The notes below the pieces were generated by a model. The model was not told where the DNA came from, ran no database searches, and worked only from the letters and a program-made list of their open reading frames with translations. A stretch of DNA of 64,000 nt from Chiloscyllium plagiosum (lineage: Eukaryota): the NCBI RefSeq assembly GCF_004010195.1, contig NC_057719.1, positions 5,820,570 through 5,884,569 on the forward strand. Direction: 5' to 3'. Every line of letters begins with the position of its first letter. The first letter of the stretch is position 1. Of the stretch, positions 50,790 to 63,084 are shown in pieces. The translations under genes were made by a program, and so were the position numbers.

Positions 50790-51530
50790 CAAATTTATTT
50801 AGGTGAGGCTACAACTATAGCATTGTGTGCAATTCTGGTCACCACATTACAGGAAGGGCATAATTCCTGTGGAGAGAGTGCAGAGACGATTTACTAGAAA
50901 GTTGCCAAGGTTGGAGAGTTGAAAAATGTGGTGCTGGAAAACACAACAGGCCAGGCAGCATCCAAGGAGCAGGAGAATAGACGTTTCGGGCATAACCCCT
51001 TCTTTAGGAATGCCCAAAACATCGATTCTCCTGCTCCTCGGATTCTTCCTGGCCTGCTGTGTTTTTCCAGCACCACACTTTTCAACTCTGGTCTCCAGCA
51101 TCTGCAGTCCTCACTTTTTCCAGTGTTGGAGAATTGTAGTCATGAGGAGAGATTGGAGAAGTTGGGTTTGATTTCCTTGGAACAGAGAAGGCAGAGGGCT
51201 GACCGGTTACTGTATACAAAATTGTGAGGAGTAGAGATTGAATAGACAGGAAGAACCTTACAGGGAATTCAAAAACCAAGGTCATAGATTCAAGCTAAGT
51301 GACAGAAGGAATAGAGGGGACGTGAAGAAAGTGTTTCTCATGTGTAGAATGGTGGGTGTCTGGAATTTGCTACTTGAGTTGGTGGTGGAGGCGGAGACCA
51401 TAAATTGCTTTAAAAAGTACTTGGATCGGCACCTTAAGTGTTGTAAGCTGCAGGGCTCTGGCCCATGTGCAAGGAATGAGAAACAGCGTCCTGGTGTCTT
51501 TGAGTCGGCATGGACAAGGTGGGCCAAATC
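50790..51530 (+). mobile_element. CR1 3' fragment split by a PLE palindrome
   Basis: ERVQRRFTR before the insert; EERLEKLGLISLEQRR and VGVWNLL after it. Confidence 0.85.
50922..51119. mobile_element. Fold-back PLE family 1 element (older)
   Basis: Imperfect inverted arms centred near 51005-51012; degenerate TSD ccaaggttggagagttg (50905-50921) / ccagtgttggagaattg (51120-51136). Confidence 0.8.
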
Positions 51531-51659
51531 ACACCCCCCACCCCTTCTGTTCTTTATTATTTTTGTGGGTCTGTGGTTATTGCTCTCTCCACAGATGCTG
51601 CCACATATGATGAACCCTTCTCTTCTGGTTTTAGTTCAGATTTTCAGTATAATTTCTTT

Positions 51660-52080
51660 TGTATCAAGTCTCACTCCAAGGTTTATGCACAAAATGCAAG
51701 GTTGACACTTTAATAGAGTGTTGAGGGAATGCTACACTGTTGGATTTACAATCTTTTGGAGAGACAGTAAACTGAGACACCGCCAACTTCCTTGGGTGGA
51801 TGTAAAAATCCCATATTAGTATTTCGAAAATGAGCAGCAGAGTTATTCTCCATTGTCCTGGGAGACATTTATCCCTCAATCATCGTCAAAGATGCATATT
51901 GTCTGGTCACTATCTCAGTAGCGTCTGCCCGAGTTTCCCATCTGTCCGAGTTTTCTGTGCAGAAATTGGCTGTTGTATTTTCTACATTGCAACAGTGACT
52001 GCACTTCAGAAGTACTCCTTAGGCTGTAAAGTGCTTTAATACTTCCACCGATTGTAAATAGCACCAGATAAATACAGGAC
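51660..52080 (+). mobile_element. DeuSINE (SacSINE1/AmnSINE-like)
   Basis: Deu-domain-like tgagggaatgctacactgt...ggtggatgtaaaaatcccat...gtcctgggagacatttatccctcaatc with an L2-type tail. Related pieces at ~58190-58370 (+) and ~14130-14400 (-). Confidence 0.65.
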
Positions 52081-52914
52081 TTTGTTTTTATAAAGGAACA
52101 CTCTAGCAACATGTATTCTGATCTCTATGTGTTACGTTTTAAATTGAGAACTAACGGTAACCATTCTACACCAAAAACTGGATCAGAAGAATGTCTTAAT
52201 TGCGGTAAAACAAACCAAAGCATTTCATAGAAATCTTATCAGACTAAGTTTGATGCCACTCAATCTCCATGGTAGGGAATATTAAAGTAGGTAACCAAAA
52301 GTTTTGTCAGAGGTGCAGAGTTTAAGGACAATCTTAAAGGAGGTGAGAGAAGTAAAGAGGCTTGAGGAGAGGTAATTCCAGATCATATAGTACAGGAAGC
52401 TTTAAAGCATGACCACCAACATTAGAGTGACTAAAATCACCAGTTCACAAGAAGGTACAAATAGCACCATGCAAAACTTCCCAGGATTGTAGCACTGGAA
52501 GATATCTCTGATATAGAGAGCGTGGATGGATTTGAAAACAACGGTAAGAATTTTATAATCAAACTCTTATGAGCCACTATGGGTCAGTGAGCACAACTGG
52601 TGATCGGTGAATTAGCCTTGGTTGAAATTAAAATATCGTAGCAGAGTTTTGGATATGTCCAAGTTCACAAAGTGTGTAGGGTGGGAGGCTGACCATGAAA
52701 GCATTAGATTAGTTGAGTCTCGAAGCAGAAAATATGTGGATGAGGGTTCCAATATCTAGTTGACTGAGGGTCCGTTATTTGGCTACATTTACACTGGAGT
52801 TGTAGTATTGCTCCTCACAAGTTTCTCGGGTTTTTTTCTAATGTTTCTAAAGTGCCTAGAGAAGAACTTGTTACTTCATTTTATACTTAAGGCTGGAGAA
52901 GAAAATGGAATTGA

Positions 52915-54530
52915 TGAGGATAAGATCGAGTTATTGTGGTCCTTGTGGGAATCAATGACATAGGTAGAACAAGGAATGATGTGCGAAGTGAATTTGAGGA
53001 GTTGGGGTGCAAATTAAAATGCAGAATATCAAAAGTGATCATCTCCCAGTTGTTACTGGAGCTGATTCCCAATTGGCATAGGGCCAACCAGGTTAGTGTG
53101 TCAAACCTGTGGCTGAAAGAGTAGTGTGGCAAGAAGAGGTCTTGATGCATCTGCATCAGTTATCAGGAAAGAGAGGAACTATTCCCTTAGGATGAGCTCC
53201 ACTTGAGCCATGCTGGGTCCAGTGTCCTGACCCATCATATAACTTGGGGATGTGAACAGGGCTTTAAACTCAGTGGGGTGGGTTCAGGTTAACAGAGATT
53301 TAGAAATCCAAAGAGCAGCATTGAGGCATCAAGGTAGTACAGTGATGTAGGTAAAGGTAAGCAGAATGGCACATAAGGGACAAAAAGTCCAACAAAAATA
53401 CCATATCAGCAAAGAAGTTCTTTACAGAATACAGAGGTGAAAAGAAAAAGTTCATTATTTGAATGCACAAAGCACCTGCAATGAGATGGATGAACTAGTG
53501 GCACAAATAGAGATGCATGATTTAGACCTAATTGCCATTACAGGGACGTGGTGACAAGGTGATCAAGAATGGGAAGTAAGTATTCCAGAGTTCATAATAT
53601 TTTGGAAGAACAGACAAAATGGCAATGGAAGTAATGCTGACACTAAAGTGTAACATAAGGGCATTAGTGAGAAAGGATATGGTCTCAGAAGAACATGAAG
53701 TGGAATCTGTGTGGATGGAAATTTGGAAAAGCAAGTGTCTGAAAACATGAGTGGGAGTGGCATATAGACACTGTCATTAGTTGTAACATCAATCAGCACG
53801 TAAAACAAATTGTCAGAGCTTATAACAAAGACAATGTGATAATTGTAGGAGACTTTAATCTTCATATAGACTGAGGCAATCAAATTGGCTACAGTGTTCT
53901 AGAAGATAAGGTTGTAGAATATTTCCATGATATTTTCTTGAAGCAATGTGTTGTGGAACCCACCAGGGATAAAGTATCTTTGAGCTAGTATTGTGTAATG
54001 AAGCAGGGTTAATTCGTAATGTAGTAAAAAATTCCTCTGGAACATAGTGATCATGATACTGTGAATTTGCTGCTAATCTTGAAAGTGACATACTCCAAAT
54101 GCAAACAAAAATCTTGAAGCCAATTACATAGTTATGAGAGAATACTGGCAAAGGTTAATTGGGTAAATAGACTAACAGTTGTAAATGAACATTGGTAAAC
54201 AAGCAAATAATGAAACACTTCAAAATGTTGAGCGAGTATATAAAAAGGAAAAGGGTAACTAAAGTATTCATTGGTTCCTTCGAAGCAGAGATATAAAAAA
54301 TTATCATGGAGAATAAGAAACTGAAAGAGGCGTTGAATGCATGTTTTGTCTTTATAGAAGACATGACTTTATTCCAGAAATAGATTATGATTAAGGGGGT
54401 AAAATGAGTGAAGGAAATTGATATCAAAAGAGAAAAAAGTTTTGGAGAAACAGATCGAAAAGGCAACAACTCCCCAGCACCTGATGGCTTATGAGGGAGA
54501 TCACAACTAAAAAATTAAAATTAATTTTCC
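52915..54530 (+). mobile_element. Decayed CR1 ORF1 (SGNH esterase-like) and ORF2 endonuclease region
   Basis: VVLVGINDIGR (GxND block)...KVIISQLL; later LIAITGTW, ESVWMEI, IIVGDFN. Confidence 0.75.
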
Positions 54531-54539
54531 AAGGAATTA

Positions 54540-57400
54540 CTAATTGTGTCGCAGCGGGTATTGAAGTTGATGTAGTCTACGTGGACTTCAGTCAGGTGTT
54601 TGACAAGGTCTCGCATGTTGGTCTGGTTAACAAGCTAAAAATCCATGGAACTCAGAGCAGTTTGGCAAATCTGCAATGATTGTTGATTAGTGGCAGGAAG
54701 CAGAGGGTAATGGTCAAATTATATTTATGCAACGGGAAGTCTGTCTCTGGTGGTGTATCCACACTGTAGGAAGCATGCAATTGCACTAGAGATGGTGCAG
54801 AAACCATTCGCCAGGATGTTGCCTGAGCTGGAGCAATGGTGCTATGAAGAGAGATTGGTTAAGCTGGGGTGGTTTCCCTTAGAGCAGAGATGTCTCAGTG
54901 GTGGGAAATGGTTCTGATTGTGGTATATGAAATTCTGAGAGACATAGTTTTAAAACTCAGGTACAGCATGCCAAACTAACTCAGGCTCGCTATCACTGAA
55001 TTCTCGACATAATGAAGTTATAATATTCATTGACCATCAAAATTGCTGAATTGTTCCTAACCAAACTTCTATGAAAAACAGATCTGACACCAAATTGAGA
55101 GCTTAATAAAAATGAACAATTTATTAGTCATACTGCAACTTTAGCAGAGCAAAACTAAACAACATGGTAATCTATTAAAATCTGATTTAACCCCAATCTC
55201 CTTTGATCTTAACCCCCACTCTTGCATGTAGACACACAGACAGATAAGGAATAAATTAAAACAAAATGTAATTTGCCAGTTTGAGAACTGGTTCAACAAT
55301 GAGTACCAGGAATTATATTGGTGGATTATATTCCGACGTATAGGATTGCATCTTGCTTGAATTCTAAAGCTATTTGTTAGTGAAAACAGCTTCCAGGAGA
55401 GTCTAAGGTACATTCACTTATTTCTTGCATACTGCAATCCTCTTCTCGGGACATTCAATAATCCTTTAACTGGATATATAACTAGAGAGAGTAAAATTCA
55501 ATCACAGCTTCCCATCCAGCAACTTCTGAACATAAAGCCTTCTGCCCAAAAAAATACAATTCAGTTTATAGTTTCTTTCTTTCAACATTCTGTGTGGTTG
55601 GCTGGCCAGCACCACCCACACCTTGATTGACCAATGCCCTATCTATGTAGCTGCTAGTCCTTGAGCTTAAACCATACTGGTGCTAGAATGCCTGCAGTGA
55701 ACAATAGAACAATGATTAACCTGCTGTTACCTTTCTCAGCCAGTTCTCATAAATAAACAACAATTTGTTTGCTCTCTCTTCCTTTCTGAAAAAAGGTGGT
55801 GTTCCAAGTTCAATTCTCAATAACAGCTCACAGTTCCAAACTAATAATGAGAAAAATTAAATGGTCTCAATCATAGGGTAGATACGGAGAAACTTTCTCC
55901 TTTAATAGAGGAGTCAATAACCGGAAGCAGATGTTTAGAGGGAATTGGAGGCAAATCTTGTTCACCCAGAAAGTGGTTGTTATCTGGAATCCATTGCCTA
56001 AAATGGAGGTAGAAGCAGGAGTTCAAGAGATTTAGGATATATTTTGACAAGCATCATAGAATACAAGGCTTTCAACCAAGTGTTGGGAAATGGGATTAGG
56101 TTAGATTATGTTTGATGACTGACAAGGACACAAACATGGGCTGAAGAGCCTCTTTTCAGGATGTAAGAACTCTGAATCTGTGACCCCTTCGGATTTTATG
56201 AAGTAGCTTCAGGGACAGTGGATGCACTAGCAGGATATTCCAAAACTCTTCAGATTCAGGAATGGTCCCATCAGGCTGGAAATTAATGGAATGTTACATT
56301 GCTTTTCAAGAAAGATGGGAGAGAAATAAATATGGAATTATAGGCTAGTTATGCTAACGTCAATTGTTGGAAAAGTGCTGGAATCAGTTATTAAGAAAGT
56401 CTTAATAAAGCACTTAGTGAAGCATGGTATGATTAGAACAAATTCTTACAATTTCATTAAAGGAAAATCCTCTTGGACATGTGCATTGAAGTTGTGGATA
56501 TAAATAAATAGATGGCGGAGAACCAGTAGACGTATTTTACCTGTATTTCCAAAAAGCAATCAGTACGATTACATGTAAAACATTGATTGGCAAGATTAGG
56601 GCTCATGGAATTGAGAAATATGTATTAGCATAGCATAGGGAGTTGGTTAACAGGTAAGAACAGAGAGTGGGCTTGGAATATTTTCAGGTTAGCAGACTGT
56701 GAACAGTGGAGTGCCACAAGGATCAAGGTATGTGCAGTCTACATTATCCTCTGTCATTTGATCTAAGCTGTTGTTTTCTGATGATGCAAGAGTAGGTAGA
56801 AAAGCAGGATGTGGGAAGAACCAAAGTAGCTGCAAAGAATATAGAGAATAAAAATGAATGGGGGTGAAAGATGACAGATCAATTATAATGCAGGGAAGTG
56901 TGAAATTATTAGCTATTCTAAGAATATAAAAGCATTTTATTTTAACAGGTTTGAAACTTGTCAGCATTGATGTTCAATGAGAATTGGGTGTGCCCAAGCA
57001 AGGCGCACGATCAATTAGGAAAGCAAATGATATGTTGATCTTTATTGCAAGGGGATTGGATGACAGGAATAAGTAGTATTGTCAGAGATGGACTCTAGTT
57101 TTGTGAGACCACCTATAGAATATCATATCCAGTATTGGTCTCCACATTTAAGAAAAAGGTACGTTTGCGTTGGAGTCAGTACAGTAACAGTTCACTTAAT
57201 TACTTTGTGGGACCAGGAGATTGTCCTGTTTTGAAAGCTAAGGAAACTCGGTCTGTATTTTGTGGGGTTTGCAAGAATAAGACGCAATCTAATTAAAATG
57301 TACCGCATTCTGTAGGGGCTTGACTGAGTAGATGCACAGATTGTTTCTGCCTTTCAGGGAATCTGAAATATGGGCGTATAATCTCAGGACATTGGTTTGT
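54540..57400 (+). mobile_element. Several decayed CR1 RT/3' fragments with a ~920-bp unrelated insert (54948-55871)
   Basis: VDVVYVDFSQVFDKVSH at ~54567; GVPQGS at ~56708. Confidence 0.7.
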
Positions 57401-57527
57401 TGGACATATTACATTTCATGAAGTGAACAGAGCTTTTGAGTAGCTTTTCAGTATTTGAGAAGTGGACTATGGAATGTAAATCATTTTGGAAATGTAGGTG
57501 TTATTTATTGCTTTTTTCCAATTCTAG

Positions 57528-57611
57528 TGCTTGGAGCGAGCCATGAAGTTTACATTTGAAGAATTTCACCTTTGGTACCAGTTTGCATTGTCCCTGATGG
57601 CTGCTGGTAAG
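57528..57611 (+). CDS. TTC7B: TTC7B internal exon E (84 nt): [28 protein letters not shown]
   Basis: attctag acceptor; GTAAGT donor at 57612; 28 codons, phase 0/0; TPR-like helix. Not in the ORF track. Confidence 0.95.
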
Positions 57612-57733
57612 GTAAGTACAAGCTAAATAAGGCTGAATTGTGGCTATATATTTTTAACTCAGTTCAAATAAAATTTTAACTGTCAAAAACATTTAGTTCT
57701 TTTACTCTGCTGCATTCTCTCTGAGGGGGTTCT

Positions 57734-57806
57734 GGGCAATTAGCTCAAATGGTAGAGCACTGGCTTTGCATCTGAGAGGTAGCAAGATCACTGCCTGAAT
57801 TCTCCA
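57734..57806 (+). pseudogene. tRNA-Ala-like pseudogene (anticodon TGC at 57767-57769)
   Basis: 73 nt. Intact D arm (GCTC/GAGC, AATGGTA) and acceptor stem GGGCAAT/ATTCTCC with the G3:U70 alanine identity pair. Anticodon and T stems carry several mismatches and the B box is degenerate. Confidence 0.8.
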
Positions 57807-57812
57807 GTCTCT

Positions 57813-58147
57813 GGGGCAGCATGGTGGCTTAGTGATTAGCACTGCCAACTCACAGCACTAGGGACCTGGGTTCACTTCTAGCCTCGGGCGGTTGTCTGTG
57901 TGGAGCTTGCATAGTCTCCCTGTGTCTGTGTGAGTTTCCTCCCACAGGTTAAAGATGTGCAGGTTAGGTGGATTGGCCATGCCCATCGTGTCCAGAGATG
58001 TGTAGATCGAGTGGATTAGCCATGGGAAACACAGGGTAATAGGGATAGGATAGGGGTGAAAGTCTGGTGGAGATGCTGTGCAAAGGGTCAGTGCAGACTC
58101 GATGTGATAAATGCCCTGCTTTCACACTGTAGGGATTTTATGATTCT
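57813..58147 (+). mobile_element. V-SINE directly downstream of the tRNA-Ala pseudogene
   Basis: ggggcagcatggtggcttagtgattagc head through cacactgtagggattttatgattct. Confidence 0.85.
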
Positions 58148-59689
58148 GTCCTGCCATGTTACATCAAGGCCATTCCTGCTTTCTTGGGTAACCATAAAAG
58201 ATGCCACTGTGTTATTCATAGAAAATCAAGTCAATTTTGTCAGTATCCTGGGCTAATATTTAACCGTCCATAAATTTCACCAAGATAGTTATTCTAGTTA
58301 CTTATCTCATTGCTGCTCGCGGAACTTAATGTGTGCAAATTGGCTGCTGTGTTTTCTCTGGAGCAGTAGTGATAACCAGAGGCAAAGGTATTTGTTTTAT
58401 TTCAAAAGGCTCTGCTGCTATTTTTCCAAATGCTACTTTTGATTTTCAGGTCTTACATTTTCATTTTCTCTACTCATTTATTAGGTGATGCAGGCATGTG
58501 CTTTCTATATTTGTGCTGACCTATGGGACATTTGGACGTCCACAGAAACAGAATTAGAAGAATTTGTCAATATCTTTAATAATAAACAACTCTTCATTAA
58601 ACATAAAACAACAATACACAAGGAAAGCCTAGCTACCGTTGTATTTAAATCAGTACAAGACAAAAGGCATAGATTAACATAAATTAAATAACTGACACCT
58701 ACTTCAATGTATATTAAAAAAATCACTTACTAAACCCTCCTACCATGGACTGATGAAGTCATGGCTAGTGTCCTTTCCATCACTGGGCAAAAGGCTAGAC
58801 AATATTAATCAGGCAGATGCTGCTTTTCTTCTGCATTTTAGATCTCAGTCTCAGATATAATTTTGATGATGAAGACAGTGTTCATTACAGTAGGAACCAC
58901 CACATGCTTTCCGAATAATTTAATGAACTTATAAAGCCTTAATCAAGAGATTCCACATCCATTGGGAAAGAATTGATTGTCTTCATGATTTGGAGTTTTC
59001 TCAGGGTCAAGTTAATATTTCTGTAGTGAAAATAAAACTGTTCTTTCTCCATTGCAGCCTCCTTCTCTTTCCCTCTCAACTCTCCACCCACCCTCCAAAC
59101 ATTCAGACTTGGCTATCTTGCAAGCCCCCATCCCTCCCATGGCCATTCTGCAGGCATTTTATCTCCCCAGACTATCTTACACCTGCCTTCTCCCTTCCAC
59201 TCTCATCTACCAAACAAAAGGTGACAGAACTCATGAATCACCTAAAAGGCTCCTGGTCATCGCAAAAGGTAGCTTTTGTACTCACTCTGGTTGTGATTCA
59301 AGACAGCTCTTGGTCCTAGCTTTAGTGAAAGCTGGACCCAGATCCTGCCCTGAATCTGGTCTCCCACCTTCGGCTACATGCAGTCCCCAATGACTCCCTT
59401 GCTGATATCACTCACTGTACTATGTTTTGAGCATATCAGTAGTAACACAGGAAAGGCCTATGAGAAGCAGCTGCTCACTATTTCCTTCCATCCTGTTTAC
59501 AGGGGCAACTTTGCCTGACTTGTCATTCCCATGAGTAAATCTTTCAGAACGATATTGCCTACCACTTGTGTGCATTTTGAATATTGGTGACCACACTTCA
59601 GGAGCACTTCATTTCACTGTGAAGCACTTTAGAACGTCCTAAGATTACGAAACATGATTTCGGAGTGTAACCTTTCTTTTGGGGTTGGA

Positions 59690-61260
59690 GTGTAAGAATA
59701 GAGAATAGTTTTGGTCTCCTTATTTAAGTAAAGATATCATTTCTTCAGAGAAGCTTCACAAGGGTGGTCTCTGATATGGAGGGATTGTATTATGAGCAAA
59801 GACTAAACAGGTTGTCAATCACGGGAGTTTAGAAGAATGAGACATGATCTCATTGAAACATATAGGATTCTAAAGTGTCTTAACAGGGTAAATACTGGGA
59901 GGATGTTCCCTCAGGGAAAGTCCAGAACTAGAGGGCATAGTCTCAAAATAAAGGGGTGCTAATTTAAGACTGAGATGAGGAATTTCTTCTCTGAGGGTTG
60001 AGAGTCTTTGGAACTCTTGAGAACAGAGTGCTGTTGGGGCAGAGTATATTTAAGGCTAAGGTAAATTTTTGATCAGTAGGGTTTCAAAGGAAATGGCAGA
60101 AAAGTGGACCTGAGGTATGTCGAATCAACCTTGATCCGATTGAGCGATGGGGCAGGTTCAAGGGGCCAAATGACCTCTTTCTGGTATCATAGAATCGAAC
60201 AGTACAGAAGGAGGCCATTTGACCTTTACGTCTGCATTAGTATCTAAAACAGCAACCCAGCTCGTCTGTTCTCCACCTTATCTCCATAGCTCTCTAAATC
60301 AATCACTTTCAAATATATATATTCAGCTCTCCTTTGAAACCTCCTGTGGAACCCTCCCCCTCCACTGTCCCAGGCAGTGCATCCTAAATCCTAACAACTC
60401 TGAGTAAATAAGTATCTCCTCAACTCACCCCTGGCTGTCTTGCTGACAACACTGAGGTTATGACCCCTAATTACTAACATATGAACAGAAAAGCACAGCT
60501 GGTCAGGCAGCATCCGAGGAGCAGAAGAGTTGACATTTTGGGCAAAAGCCCTTCATTAGGAAGGGTTTCATTGCCCGAAACGTCGATTCTCCTGCTCCGT
60601 GGATGCTGCCTGACCTGCTGTGCTTTTTCAGCACCACACTCTCGACTCTGATCTCCAGCATTTGCCATCCTCGCTTTTGCTTATACGAACAGAATATCCT
60701 CCTTTAAAGATGTTCGTAACTTTGAACACTTCAGTAAGGTCACCTCTTGATCTTCTCTGCTCCAAGGCCAATAAACCCAATTTCTCTCACTTTCCCTTGC
60801 ATCTAAAATCCCTCTTGTATCATTCCATTAAATTTCTTTTGAACTCTCTCCAGGGCTTTAACATCCTTCTTTAACTGAGGTGCCCAGAACAGAGCACAGC
60901 ACGCCACATGTGGTCTGACAGTGATTTGTCAAGGTGTAGCATCACTTCTTTGCTTTTATACTCTATATCTCTCTTTATAAACCCAAGGATTCTACATCTA
61001 CTTCCTATTAACAACTGTTTCAGCTTGCCTGGCCCCCTTCAGAGAATCATAGACATGAACCCCAAGGTCCCTCTGCTCCTGTACTCCCCTCAAAGTTTTT
61101 ACCATTGAGCCTGTAATGCCTCTCCATGTTTGTTTCACCTGAATGCGTGATAACACACATTTCTGTGCATTAAAATTAATTTGCTAGGTGTCTGTCCATT
61201 TTGCCAACTTATCATTGTCCCTCTGAAGTCACTCAGCATCATCCTTACAATTCAGTCTTC
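59690..61260. mobile_element. Tail-to-tail CR1 3' fragments (+ 59690-60190; - 60190-61260)
   Basis: agaactagagggcatagtctcaaaataaagggg on +; antisense CR1 3' region after 60190. Confidence 0.7.
60491..60682. mobile_element. Fold-back PLE family 1 element (older)
   Basis: Inverted arms around 60560; TSD ATA(T/C)GAACAGAA at 60479-60490 and 60683-60694. Confidence 0.8.
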
Positions 61261-61347
61261 TCCCTCGGATCCAGATAAGGAAGGGAAATGAAATATAAAT
61301 TTAATAACTTTAAAATAAGATATTTATCTGCCATTTTCTTTTTCTAG

Positions 61348-61452
61348 TCTGCCCGGGCAGTGAGGGTGCTGAGAGAATGTATAAGGTTGAAACCGGATGA
61401 TCCCACAATACCACTCCTTGCCACCAAGTTGTGCATTGGATCTCTTCACTGG
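61348..61452 (+). CDS. TTC7B: TTC7B internal exon F (105 nt): [35 protein letters not shown]
   Basis: ttttctttttctag acceptor; GTAAGT donor at 61453; 35 codons, phase 0/0. Confidence 0.96.
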
Positions 61453-63084
61453 GTAAGTCATGAATTCTCTTTGTTCTTGCATACTGATTTTAGTCTGACT
61501 TTGAAGTACTTATCCTCCTTCTCCGTTCCTAAAACCTTCCTACTTCAGCACCTCCTCCAGCACTGCAACCCTGTCTGTACTGCCCTAATTTTGGCCTCTT
61601 GCCGACCTCAGATTGTAATCACCTCACCATGAGCCACGCCTTCGGCTGCCTCAGCCTGAGGATCAGGAAGTCTTTCTCGAAACCTCTCAACTTCTCTTTC
61701 CTTCGTCCAGTCATTTCTGCTGAGCCTTTCTATCCTATTTTATAATGTCACCTATTCTCTATGCTAACCTCCCCTTAATTTCTCATGTCAGATTTTGTCA
61801 AGTAAGGCTCTTGAAAAGTACCTTGAGATATTTTACTTAACTATGACATTGTATAAATGCAAGTTGATAAATCCCCCTGTGTGCTTATACATTTTCTAGA
61901 CTTTATCCTACTGCTTGTCTTCAAGGAGGCTCCTCCATGGCTGTATTAGTATCTTTCCTAACCGCGCTTTCCTTTCTATCGCCTCTTGCTGCATATATTG
62001 CATCTTCTTACTTCCCCTTTCTCATTAGTGTGTCACTACTCCCGCCATGAATACTCGTCTGTTTCTCACTTCTCCTGTACTCGATGCTATCAGCCATCAC
62101 TTCTGCTACAAGCATCAGTAGTTTAACTTCTGTGCTCTCTGCTGCCAAATTTTGCTGTCCACAAGCACTCATACTTCTTCGCTCCGAGCAGCGCCAGACC
62201 CTAACAAAAGCCTGCCCACTATGCTCGTCTCCTTGCATTCTTGCATGCTTCCCTTCCCACCACCTTCTATCCACTTCCCAATTGCCTCCATAGGCTGAAC
62301 CCCATTCAGAGTTCTTGCTTAATTCATTGTGTCTAGACCAGTGACATTCATACTTTATCACTCCCAGACCTCAAACTCCTTCATAATATAAAACTCAAAC
62401 AACCCTCCCTCCCATCACTGATGTTACCAGATCTCCGAACCCCACCCACTGCTATATCTCACCACTGCTGATGTGCTGAACAGTTCATTACTGTGCTACG
62501 GTTGCATTTGCAAGTGATATCGACCAATGGGAAAACACTGGTTTGAGGAACAATGGAGGATTGAGAATTTGTTTTGCAAGTTTACTTTCCCTTTTTGACA
62601 AAATGTTGGAATTGTTGATCAGAATTTAAATGTGAACAGCTGTTGTTTTATCGGTAGCAAGTCATTTTGTGGGATGGCTATGAATTTGTACACTCTCCCT
62701 GGAGTTTCTTTCATTTCAGAACCCTTTATAAACCAAAATAATGATCTGTGTGGCAGGTCTGAGCTGCTCAGCATTCTGTGAAAGTAGTGTTGTTATGCTG
62801 AAGCTCATTAGATTGCAGACAGTGTTGCCAATAGCGTTTCAGTGCAGAGGACCAAGGCCCACAGAGCATAGATATGTATGGCAGGCTTTCACATCAGCTT
62901 GACTGATACTTCATCCTCACTCCCACTTGCTGATATTCAGAATGAAGCTCTTTACTAGATGGGCTAAAAGAGCCCAAAATAGAACATGGTGGGGAAGAGT
63001 AATAAGCATGTCACAAACCAAATAAAAACCAACAAACTGTATATGCTGGAAATCAGGATCAAAAACAAGTTGCAGGTGAAACTG

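Noticed and set aside
862..61452. Assignment to the paralogue TTC7A
   Set aside because: The peptides (RAVETRTTQNLRM, RGMCEQSYWNPLEDPP, ANRDAVLSRIPEH) match my recollection of TTC7B; a BLASTp would settle it.
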